The position numbers and the translations under genes are program-made. From NCBI RefSeq assembly GCF_012927415.1, contig NZ_JABBPF010000015.1, positions 20,213-84,212 on the forward strand: 64,000 nt of DNA, in the 5' to 3' direction. This DNA comes from Polaromonas sp. (GTDB lineage Bacteria; Pseudomonadota; Gammaproteobacteria; Burkholderiales; Burkholderiaceae_C). A model generated the notes under the pieces. The model saw only the letters and a list, made by a program, of their open reading frames with translations, made no database searches and had not been told where the DNA came from. Shown here in pieces: positions 56,350 through 64,000 of the stretch; position 1 is the first letter of the stretch, and the number at the start of each line of letters is the position of its first letter.

Positions 56350-59244
56350 TCAGGCGTAGTCGCCGACCGGCACGCAGCTGCAAGACAGATTGCGGTCGCC
56401 ATAAACATTGTCCACCCGGCCGACTGGCGGCCAGTACTTGACCTGCTTCAACGTGGCCAGCGGGAAGCCGCCGATTTCGCGGGAATAGGGTCGTTCCCAG
56501 TCGGCGCCCATCAGGCTGGTGACGGTGTGCGGCGCGTGCTTGAGTGGGTTGTTGTCTTGCGGCCAATGCCCGTCTTCGATTTTGCGAATCTCCTGACGAA
56601 TGGCAATCATGGCGTTGATGAAGCGGTCCAGCTCGGCCAGAGTTTCGCTCTCCGTGGGTTCCACCATCAGCGTGCCGGGCACCGGGAAGCTCAAGGTCGG
56701 CGCATGAAAACCGTAGTCCATCAGGCGTTTGGCAACGTCTTCGGCGCTCACCCCGCTGCTGTCCTTGAGCGATCGCAGATCAAGTATGCATTCGTGCGCA
56801 ACATGGCCATTTTCGCTGGCGTAGAGCGTCGGATAGTGATCTTTCAGGCGCGAACTGATGTAGTTGGCGCTCAAAATAGCCACCTCGGTAGCCTGCTTCA
56901 GGCCTTCGGGGCCCATCATGCGGCAGTACATCCAGCTGATCGGCAAAACCGCCGCATTGCCCAAAGGTGCTGCCGAGATCGCCCCCACGCCATTCACTGG
57001 CAGGCCCGCGGTGGCATGGCCAGGCAGATAGGGCACGAGATCCGCCACCACGCACACCGGACCCACGCCCGGCCCGCCGCCGCCATGTGGAATGCAGAAG
57101 GTTTTGTGCAGGTTCAGGTGGCTCACATCGCCGCCAAATTCCCCGGGTGCCGCCACGCCCACCAGTGCATTCATGTTGGCCCCGTCCACATAGACCCGTC
57201 CGCCGTGTGAATGCACCAGCTGGCAGAGTTCCTTGACGTGAATTTCAAACACGCCGTGCGTGCTGGGATAGGTGATCATCACGCAGGCCAAATGGGCGCT
57301 ATATTGCTCGCACTTGGCCTTAAGGTCGGCCATGTCCACATTGCCACTGGCATCGCAGGCGGTCACCACGACCTGCAGCCCGGCCATCTGCGCGCTTGCC
57401 GGATTGGTGCCATGGGCGCTAGCCGGGATCAGGCAAATATGGCGGTGGCTTGAACCGTTGGCATCGTGATAGGCCTTGATGGCCAGCAGGCCGGCGTATT
57501 CGCCCTGCGAACCGGCATTGGGCTGCAGACTGATGCCGGCATAACCCGTGGCCTGGCACAGCCAGTCGCGCAATTGCTGGTCGAGTTCGGCGTAGCCTTG
57601 CAGCTGGTCCTGCGGCGCGAACGGGTGAATATCGGCAAACTCGGGCCAGGTGATGGGAATCATCTCGCTGGTCGCATTGAGCTTCATGGTGCAACTACCC
57701 AGCGGAATCATGCTGCGGTCCAGTGCCAGGTCCTTGTCGCCCAGCATGCGGATGTAGCGCAGCATCCCTGTTTCGGAATGGTGGGAATTGAACACCGGAT
57801 GCGTCAGGAATTTACTGGTGCGGCGCAAGTCGGACGGAATCAGCGACTCAATGCCTTTTTCGAAGGCGCTGACCACAGGCACGGTCTGGCCGGGTTGGGC
57901 AAAGAAGGACCACAGTAGCTCGATATCGCTGCGGCTGGTGGTTTCGTCCAGCGACACACCCAGGTGATTATTTAACCTGAAACGCAAGTTAGTCCTTGAT
58001 TGACGGGCACGTTCAGCTATTAAATTAGTAGCATCCCCCGTCTTGATCGTGACCGAATCAAACACGCCAGAGTTGGTTATTTCGTAACCCAGCGTCTGCA
58101 GGCCGCGCACAAAAATGGCGGTGTAAGCGGCGACGCGCTCGGCAATGCGTTTCAGTCCCAGCGGGCCATGATAGACCGCATACATGCTCGCCATGACGGC
58201 GGGAAGCACTTGCGCGGTGCAGATGTTGGAAGTGGCTTTTTCACGCCGGATATGCTGCTCGCGGGTTTGCAGCGCCAGCCGATAGGCGGGGTTTCCGTGC
58301 GCATCCACGCTGACGCCGACCAAGCGGCCCGGCAGCGAGCGTTTGAACTCGTCGCGGCAAGCCAGGTAGGCCGCGTGCGGGCCGCCATTGCCCATCGGCA
58401 TGCCAAACCGCTGCGTGCTGCCGAGCACGATGTCGGCATCCCATTCGCCCGGTGGTGCCAGCAAGGTCAGCGCCAGCAGGTCAGCCGCCACGCAAAGTGC
58501 GGCACCGTCGGCGTGTGCCTGGCCAGCCAGCGGCCGCAGGTCATGAATGCTGCCGGTGGTGGCCGGGTATTGCGCCAGCACGCCGAAGTAGCCACCCTCG
58601 GCCATCAGCTGCGGCACGGTGGCTAGCGCGGTGCTCACCTTGACCTCGATGCCCAGCGGCTTGGCGCGGGTCTGGATGACTTCAAGAGTCTGCGGATGGC
58701 AATCACCTGCCACGATGAAGACATTGCTTTTGCTCTTCACAATGCGTTTGGCCAGTGTCATGGCTTCGGCGGCTGCGGTGGCTTCGTCAAGCATTGACGC
58801 ATTGGCAACGGCCATGCCGGTGAGATCGCACACCATGGTCTGGAAGTTGAGCAGCGCCTCAAGTCGACCTTGTGAAATTTCAGCCTGATAAGGCGTGTAG
58901 GCGGTGTACCAGGCTGGGTTTTCCAGCACGTTGCGCAAGATGACGCCGGGCGTGAAGGTGCCGTAGTAACCCTGGCCGATAAAGCTCTTGAACACCTGAT
59001 TCTTCGCCGCCATCGCCTTGAGCTGCCTGAGCGCTGCGGCTTCCGTCACCGGTGGCGCGATGACCATGGCGCTGCTTCGCGCAATCGAGCGCGGCACTAT
59101 CCCGTCGATCAGTGACCGGCGCGAGGCCGCACCCACCACGCTGAGCATGTGGACTTCGTCCTGCTCGTCGATGCCGATGTGGCGCGCAATGAATTCGGAG
59201 GGGTTTTCAAGCTCGCCGAGCGGCTTGGCGGATTGCATCAACAT
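56350..59244 (-). CDS. gcvP: glycine dehydrogenase (decarboxylating), P protein
   Basis: 964 aa, full-length GcvP-like (…[16 protein letters not shown]…, …[16 protein letters not shown]…). Confidence 0.95.
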   Translation of the reverse strand: MLMQSAKPLGELENPSEFIARHIGIDEQDEVHMLSVVGAASRRSLIDGIVPRSIARSSAMVIAPPVTEAAALRQLKAMAAKNQVFKSFIGQGYYGTFTPGVILRNVLENPAWYTAYTPYQAEISQGRLEALLNFQTMVCDLTGMAVANASMLDEATAAAEAMTLAKRIVKSKSNVFIVAGDCHPQTLEVIQTRAKPLGIEVKVSTALATVPQLMAEGGYFGVLAQYPATTGSIHDLRPLAGQAHADGAALCVAADLLALTLLAPPGEWDADIVLGSTQRFGMPMGNGGPHAAYLACRDEFKRSLPGRLVGVSVDAHGNPAYRLALQTREQHIRREKATSNICTAQVLPAVMASMYAVYHGPLGLKRIAERVAAYTAIFVRGLQTLGYEITNSGVFDSVTIKTGDATNLIAERARQSRTNLRFRLNNHLGVSLDETTSRSDIELLWSFFAQPGQTVPVVSAFEKGIESLIPSDLRRTSKFLTHPVFNSHHSETGMLRYIRMLGDKDLALDRSMIPLGSCTMKLNATSEMIPITWPEFADIHPFAPQDQLQGYAELDQQLRDWLCQATGYAGISLQPNAGSQGEYAGLLAIKAYHDANGSSHRHICLIPASAHGTNPASAQMAGLQVVVTACDASGNVDMADLKAKCEQYSAHLACVMITYPSTHGVFEIHVKELCQLVHSHGGRVYVDGANMNALVGVAAPGEFGGDVSHLNLHKTFCIPHGGGGPGVGPVCVVADLVPYLPGHATAGLPVNGVGAISAAPLGNAAVLPISWMYCRMMGPEGLKQATEVAILSANYISSRLKDHYPTLYASENGHVAHECILDLRSLKDSSGVSAEDVAKRLMDYGFHAPTLSFPVPGTLMVEPTESETLAELDRFINAMIAIRQEIRKIEDGHWPQDNNPLKHAPHTVTSLMGADWERPYSREIGGFPLATLKQVKYWPPVGRVDNVYGDRNLSCSCVPVGDYA

Positions 59245-59276
59245 AGAGCGGTCTTGTGTAAGGCAGTGGCAAAAAA

Positions 59277-59648
59277 TCAGGCGGCAGCCGAATAAGTCGT
59301 GTAGCTGGTTTCGTCCATCAGGGCGTCGAGCTGGATCGGATCGGACAGCTTGACCTTGAAAAACCAGCCCCCGCCCAGCGGGTCGCTGTTGGCCAGGGAA
59401 GGATCGGCGCGCAGGGCCTCGTTGACCTCAATGACTTCGCCATTGACCGGCATGTAGACGTCGGCCGCAGCCTTGACTGACTCCACTACGCCGGCGGTGT
59501 CTTTTTGCGCGAAGACGGTGCCCACGGCGGGCAGCTCGACAAACACCACATCGCCCAGCGCGTCTTGCGCATGCACGGTGATGCCGACGGTAGCCGTGTC
59601 GCCGTCAATCTTGAGCCATTCGTGGTCTTCGGTGTATTTGACAGTCAT
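59277..59648 (-). CDS. gcvH: glycine cleavage H protein
   Basis: …[12 protein letters not shown]… lipoyl-lysine motif. Confidence 0.95.
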   Translation of the reverse strand: MTVKYTEDHEWLKIDGDTATVGITVHAQDALGDVVFVELPAVGTVFAQKDTAGVVESVKAAADVYMPVNGEVIEVNEALRADPSLANSDPLGGGWFFKVKLSDPIQLDALMDETSYTTYSAAA

Positions 59649-59699
59649 GGGGTTCTCCGCAGGTTCGATGAATTGGAAATGAAACGGTAAAAAACGAAA

Positions 59700-60866
59700 T
59701 CAGCCGCGATAGTAGCGGCTGGGGACAAAAGGCGTGGCCGTCACTTCCATGGTTACCGGTTTGCCGCGCACCATGGCATTAAGTCGGCTGCCGACGGCGG
59801 AAAATTCCGGTTTCACATAGCCCAGGGCGACCGGCCGGTTGATGCTGGGGCCGAGCAGCCCGCTGGTGACTTCACCGATGGGCATGCCGTCCGTACTTTG
59901 CAGCTCCGTCTGGTCGCGAACCGGAATTCGCTCTAGGGCCATCAAGCCGACACGTTTTCTAGTCAAAGTGGTGACTGGGTGGTCCAGCTGGGCAAGAATT
60001 TTTTCAGCACCCGGAAAACCGCCGGTCCGCGCGCCGCCCGTGCGACGGACTTTCTGGATGGCCCAGTTCAGGCTGGCTTCTACCGGCGTGGTGCTGGCGT
60101 CGATATCGTGGCCGTAAAGGCACAAGCCGGCTTCCAGGCGCAGCGAATTGCGCGCGCCCAAGCCGACGGGTTTGACCTCGGGCTGCGCCAAGAGCGAGCG
60201 GGCCAGGGCAAGAGCCTGCGAGGCGTGCACGGAAATTTCAAAGCCGTCTTCCCCGGTGTAGCCGCTGCGGGTCAGGAAGCAGTCGCAGCCCGCTACTGTG
60301 AAGCGGCCGCCGCTCATGAAGACCAGTTTTTCAACGCCGGGCGCCAGTCGCTGCAAGGCGTTCACGGCCTGCGGTCCCTGCAATGCCAGCAGCGCCATCC
60401 CGGGCAGCGGAATGACCTCACAGCGAGCGCCGATTTTTTGCTGGATATGGGCAATATCGCCGACCTTGCAGGCACCGTTAACGACGATAAACAAGTCGCC
60501 ACCATTGGCGTAATCGCGGTTGAAAAACATCAGGTCGTCGATGATGCCGGCGTTTTCATTGAGCAGCAGGCCGTAGCGCTGCCTGCCAGCGGCCAGGTCG
60601 ATCACGTCCACCGGCATCAGGCTCTCCAGCGCGGCGGCTGAATCACGCCCGACCAGGCGCAGTTGGCCCATGTGCGACACATCAAACAGACCGGCGGCGC
60701 TGCGTGTGTGCAGATGCTCGGCCATCAGCCCTGCGGGGTATTGCACCGGCATGGAGTAACCGGCAAACGGCACCATGCGCGCACCGAGTTCCAGATGCAA
60801 GTCATGCAGGGGGGTCTGTAGAAGATCTTGCGGCGTGGCAGGGGGGGTAGGCGCTGGATCGGACAC
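59700..60866 (-). CDS. gcvT: aminomethyltransferase, T protein
   Basis: …TPL.DLH..LGA+MV.FAGY.MPVQY…. Position in the gcvTHP operon. Confidence 0.9.
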   Translation of the reverse strand: MSDPAPTPPATPQDLLQTPLHDLHLELGARMVPFAGYSMPVQYPAGLMAEHLHTRSAAGLFDVSHMGQLRLVGRDSAAALESLMPVDVIDLAAGRQRYGLLLNENAGIIDDLMFFNRDYANGGDLFIVVNGACKVGDIAHIQQKIGARCEVIPLPGMALLALQGPQAVNALQRLAPGVEKLVFMSGGRFTVAGCDCFLTRSGYTGEDGFEISVHASQALALARSLLAQPEVKPVGLGARNSLRLEAGLCLYGHDIDASTTPVEASLNWAIQKVRRTGGARTGGFPGAEKILAQLDHPVTTLTRKRVGLMALERIPVRDQTELQSTDGMPIGEVTSGLLGPSINRPVALGYVKPEFSAVGSRLNAMVRGKPVTMEVTATPFVPSRYYRG

Positions 60867-60920
60867 TGGCGTTCTCCGGGGGCAAACATGGATCCATGGT
60901 CAACAAACCATGCGCTGCCC

Positions 60921-61133
60921 CTGCTGTCCACTTTACCTGAGAGATTCGCCTGGCGATGCAGGTTTGCTCCTTCGGTGGGCCGCTTTGAAAGCGACCTCTC
61001 TCCAGTAGGGAACGCCCTCAGGCGCTGTGCGCTGGAGGGCGGTTGCCAGTCCTTTTGCCTGAGCGTTCAGTGCACCATTGAGGGTGACACATGCGCCTTC
61101 GGCGGTTTTCGTGGTGAAAACTCTCTCCTGACC
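60921..61133 (-). ncRNA. tandem glycine riboswitch (two aptamers) in the gcvT leader
   Basis: Minus strand, aptamer 1: CAGGAGAGAG…CCGCCGAAGGCGCA…CTCAGGCAAAAGGAC. Aptamer 2: CTGGAGAGAG…CCCACCGAAGGAGCAAACC…TCTCAGGTAAAGTGGACAG. Confidence 0.9.
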
Positions 61134-61514
61134 GGCCGAGTGTAACGGATGCAGTGCCATCTGTTCGCTGCCTCAGTCAATCCAGAGTCTGAACTCCCGC
61201 AGAGAGCGGCTGCCGTCAGCCACCAGCCAACAGGCCTGTCGGCGCTTTTCACGCGCTTTTGCGCCAAGTTTTAGCATAGCGCAGCCTCAGTCGGTTTTGC
61301 GCAGCGGCGGGAATCGCCTTAAAGCAGGGGAAAACCCTAGAAATAGTCGCAAAAATGACCGACGCAAAAATTATTTTTGAACTTTTCGACGCGGCCATGC
61401 TTAACCTGATCGTCGTCCGGGCGGAGAGTAAAAAGTGGCAGTAGACTTCGCTAGGCGGTTGGGCGGCACTCCATCGTGGAACTCTACCCAATGGCTTCAC
61501 AACGAGGAGACAAC

Positions 61515-62831
61515 ATGGAAATAAATTCGCGTGCTAGTGGGGGGGAGGCAAGTTCAGTTCCAGACAGCTTTGAGACTGCGACCTACAACAAGGTTGGGTG
61601 GCGTTTAATCCCTTTTTTGCTGATTTGTTATGTGGTGGCTTACCTTGACCGCGTCAATGTTGGCTTCGCCAAGCTGCAGATGCTGCAAGACCTGAAATTC
61701 AGCGAGACGATTTATGGCCTGGGTGCGGGCATCTTTTTTATTGGCTACTTCCTGTTCGAAGTCCCGAGCAACGTGATCCTGCATCGGGTCGGCGCTCGTG
61801 TGTGGATCGCGCGCATCATGGTGACCTGGGGGGTGATTTCTGCGGGCATGATGTTTGTTGAGTCTGCAACCAGTTTTTATGTGATGCGTTTCCTGCTCGG
61901 TGTGGCCGAGGCAGGGTTCTTTCCCGGCATCATTTTGTATCTCACTTACTGGTATCCGGCAGCCCGCCGCGCCCGCATGACCGCACTTTTCATGAGCGCG
62001 ATTGCGTTGTCAGGCGTGATTGGTGGCCCGTTGTCTGGCTGGATCATGCAAAGCTTTGCGGGTGTCAACGGCTTGAAGGGCTGGCAATGGCTCTTCATTC
62101 TGGAAGGTCTGCCCTCAGTCCTCGTGGGCATCGTCACCTTTTTCTATCTTGATGACAGCATCAAACAAGCCAAATGGCTGACGAGCGAGGAAAAAGCGTT
62201 GTTGGAGCGCAATATCGTCGTGGAAAACACCGGCAAGCAGGATCTGTCAATTCGCGCCGTGTTTGCTGACCCACGCGTTTGGTTGATGAGCCTGATTTAC
62301 TTCACCTTCGTGATGGGGCTTTACGGTGTCAGCTTCTGGTTGCCGACGATCATCAAGGCCACTGGTGTGAAAGACGCGCTGCAGATCGGTTTCTTGACTG
62401 CGATTCCTTATGGCTCTGCGGTGGTCGCGATGATTCTGGTGTCTCGCAGTGCTGACCGTAGTCGTGAACGGCGCTGGCACATTGCCATTCCCGCGCTGCT
62501 GGGCGCTGCCGGCCTGGTGCTCAGTGCTGTTTGGGGGCAAAGCACGGTATTGGCCATGACTGCCTTGACCGTGGCAACCATGGGCATCCTCACGACCCTG
62601 CCCTTGTTCTGGAGCCTGCCGACGGCGTTTCTTGCCGGTACCGGCGCAGCCGCGGGAATAGCACTGATTAACTCCCTCGGAAATCTCGCTGGGTTTGTCA
62701 GCCCGTTTCTGGTCGGCTGGCTGAAGGACCTGACTCAAACCACGAACACTGGCATGTACATGCTGGCTGGCTCGATGGTGCTGGGTGCGCTGCTGACACT
62801 GAGCGTGCCGGCGCGGCTTGTCAACAAATAG
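61515..62831 (+). CDS. MFS transporter (anion:cation symporter-like)
   Basis: 12-TM pattern. …YLDRVNVGFA… …GARVWIARIMVTWG…. GAGGAGA RBS before ATG 61515. Confidence 0.8.
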   Translation: MEINSRASGGEASSVPDSFETATYNKVGWRLIPFLLICYVVAYLDRVNVGFAKLQMLQDLKFSETIYGLGAGIFFIGYFLFEVPSNVILHRVGARVWIARIMVTWGVISAGMMFVESATSFYVMRFLLGVAEAGFFPGIILYLTYWYPAARRARMTALFMSAIALSGVIGGPLSGWIMQSFAGVNGLKGWQWLFILEGLPSVLVGIVTFFYLDDSIKQAKWLTSEEKALLERNIVVENTGKQDLSIRAVFADPRVWLMSLIYFTFVMGLYGVSFWLPTIIKATGVKDALQIGFLTAIPYGSAVVAMILVSRSADRSRERRWHIAIPALLGAAGLVLSAVWGQSTVLAMTALTVATMGILTTLPLFWSLPTAFLAGTGAAAGIALINSLGNLAGFVSPFLVGWLKDLTQTTNTGMYMLAGSMVLGALLTLSVPARLVNK

Positions 62832-62838
62832 CCCTGGA

Positions 62839-63864
62839 TTACGGTTGCCGCGCGAATGTCGCGGCAGCCGGATTTTCGCGCAGGTATTCGTCAATGATGT
62901 CATCGAAGCTTTCACTGGCCAGCAGACCCAGAGCGCCGGCACGAGCTGCGTTGATGTGTGCAGGCCAGCTGGTGACGATTTTCTGAATCACCGGGTCGGG
63001 TGTCCAGTCGATTAGTGCGGTCGCGGCAATGCCGGCGACGCGCTCCAGCGCCGCGGCCATTTCGCCCCCGGGGGTTTTGAGCGCCGGCAGATTGACGGCG
63101 CTACGGGCGCCCCACTCGGCGTCGCTCGCTTGCGCGGCGCGTATCAGGCCTTCAATGGTGCGGGCGGGCGACGACAGCGCCACGGCGGTTTCCGGCGGCA
63201 CCGGGCAGGATGCCCTCAGACCCACCAGCGGTTCGCGGATCATGCCGCTCAGAAAGCTGGACGCCGCGCCATTGGGCTTGCCGGGCCTTACGCTGACGGT
63301 CATCAGGCGAACGTTGCGGCCGCGGATGAAACCTTTGCGGGCGTAATCGGCCACCAGTTGCTCACCGATGAATTTCTGGATGCCGTAGCTGTTTTGCGGC
63401 GTCGGCAAAGTACGGTCGTCAATCACGGCGGGCAGCGGTTGCTCGGGCGAATTACCGAAGACCGCCAGCGAACTGGCAAACACCACGGTAGGACAGGTTT
63501 TCAAGGCGCGGCAGGCTTGCAGCAATGCGCGCGTGGCGTCCAGATTGCTCCGCATGCCGAGATCAAAATCCGCCTCGCACTCACCGCTGACAGCCGCCGC
63601 AAGATGAAAAATGATAGCGTCTTGTGACCGTATTACCTGGACCCCAGCCGTATTTCGTTCAAAAAGCAGGTTGAGGTCACCGATCACGGCGCGGATGCGC
63701 GGCTCATTGGCCAGATCCGCCGGGGGCGCCACCCGGTCAACCAGCGTAATGCTCTGGATGGTTTGCGGGGCGTTGCCGGCAAGCGAAAATTCCTCCTGCG
63801 CAAGCAGCTGGCGGGCCAGCCTCGCGCCCAGAAACCCGGCGCCGCCGGTGATCACGATGTTCAT
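62839..63864 (-). CDS. NAD-dependent epimerase/dehydratase family protein (DenD-like sugar-acid dehydrogenase?)
   Basis: MNIVITGGAGFLG Rossmann motif. Start taken at ATG 63864 with AGGAGA RBS. Confidence 0.7.
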   Translation of the reverse strand: MNIVITGGAGFLGARLARQLLAQEEFSLAGNAPQTIQSITLVDRVAPPADLANEPRIRAVIGDLNLLFERNTAGVQVIRSQDAIIFHLAAAVSGECEADFDLGMRSNLDATRALLQACRALKTCPTVVFASSLAVFGNSPEQPLPAVIDDRTLPTPQNSYGIQKFIGEQLVADYARKGFIRGRNVRLMTVSVRPGKPNGAASSFLSGMIREPLVGLRASCPVPPETAVALSSPARTIEGLIRAAQASDAEWGARSAVNLPALKTPGGEMAAALERVAGIAATALIDWTPDPVIQKIVTSWPAHINAARAGALGLLASESFDDIIDEYLRENPAAATFARQP

Positions 63865-64000
63865 GGTGAGTGTGTCTCCTGGTGAGTCAGTGGAGCGGAA
63901 TCCGTTCACGGTGCAGTCTAGCGCGAGCAGAGTCCGGTTAGCCGCTCCCGCGCTTGCGGGCGCATGGAAACCCGGAACTCCAGGTTCTCCAGGTTGACAG

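Noticed and set aside
56302-57210. 302-aa plus-strand ORF
   Set aside because: Antisense to gcvP. Arg/His/Ala-rich shadow ORF.
60933-61160. 75-aa minus-strand ORF upstream of gcvT
   Set aside because: Coincides with the tandem glycine riboswitch.
1-64000. Search for transposases/IS elements, rRNA genes, additional tRNAs and restriction-modification, CBASS, retron or Cas genes
   Set aside because: No translation in the track shows DDE/HUH transposase, methyltransferase, cyclase, reverse transcriptase or Cas motifs. The only tRNA-like sequences are tRNA-His and its 52-bp repeat.

Overview
High-GC chromosomal window, probably from a Comamonadaceae-type betaproteobacterium. That taxonomic guess is an inference from gene content (Bug/TctC family gene, glnA-ntrBC, gcvTHP with a tandem glycine riboswitch) and from composition. 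The window has two parts. (1) Positions 96-22538 are a ~22.4 kb integrative island inserted in the 3' end of a tRNA-His gene. It is bounded by a 52-bp direct repeat. It carries a P4/PICI-like maintenance core: a DUF4102-type tyrosine integrase, two AlpA/excisionase-like HTH genes, a prim-pol/VirE primase-helicase, and an iteron plus AT-rich region. It has no virion genes. Its cargo is visibly lower in GC. The cargo includes an SOS-box-controlled umuDC pair next to a secreted EndoNS nuclease, a possibly frameshift-split small operon, and a block of large genes that I cannot assign to any named system. That block contains an unknown 334-aa protein coupled to a 1110-aa ImmA/IrrE-peptidase + UvrD-helicase + Cas4-like Fe-S nuclease-fold fusion, a divergent clavaminate-synthase/TauD-like 2OG oxygenase, and a PIN-like(DUF4935)-wHTH protein coupled to an 811-aa HEAT/ARM-repeat protein, ending at a 33-bp-arm hairpin. 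I consider this block the best candidate for an undescribed conflict/defence system. (2) Positions 22.5-64 kb are ordinary core genome. Notable genes and side observations there include glnA with sigma-54/NtrC sites, ntrBC, and a decayed Bug gene upstream of ggt. Also a ccdAB toxin-antitoxin pair translationally coupled to thyA-folA, plus metY, aroC, pcaCD, aroQ and arfB. The right end holds gcvTHP with its riboswitch and an MFS/dehydrogenase pair. A recurrent GCTAT-N7-ATAGC hairpin family occurs downstream of genes. No rRNA genes, CRISPR arrays or IS/transposase genes were seen. All functional calls come from motifs I recognise by eye in the supplied translations. No database search was run.
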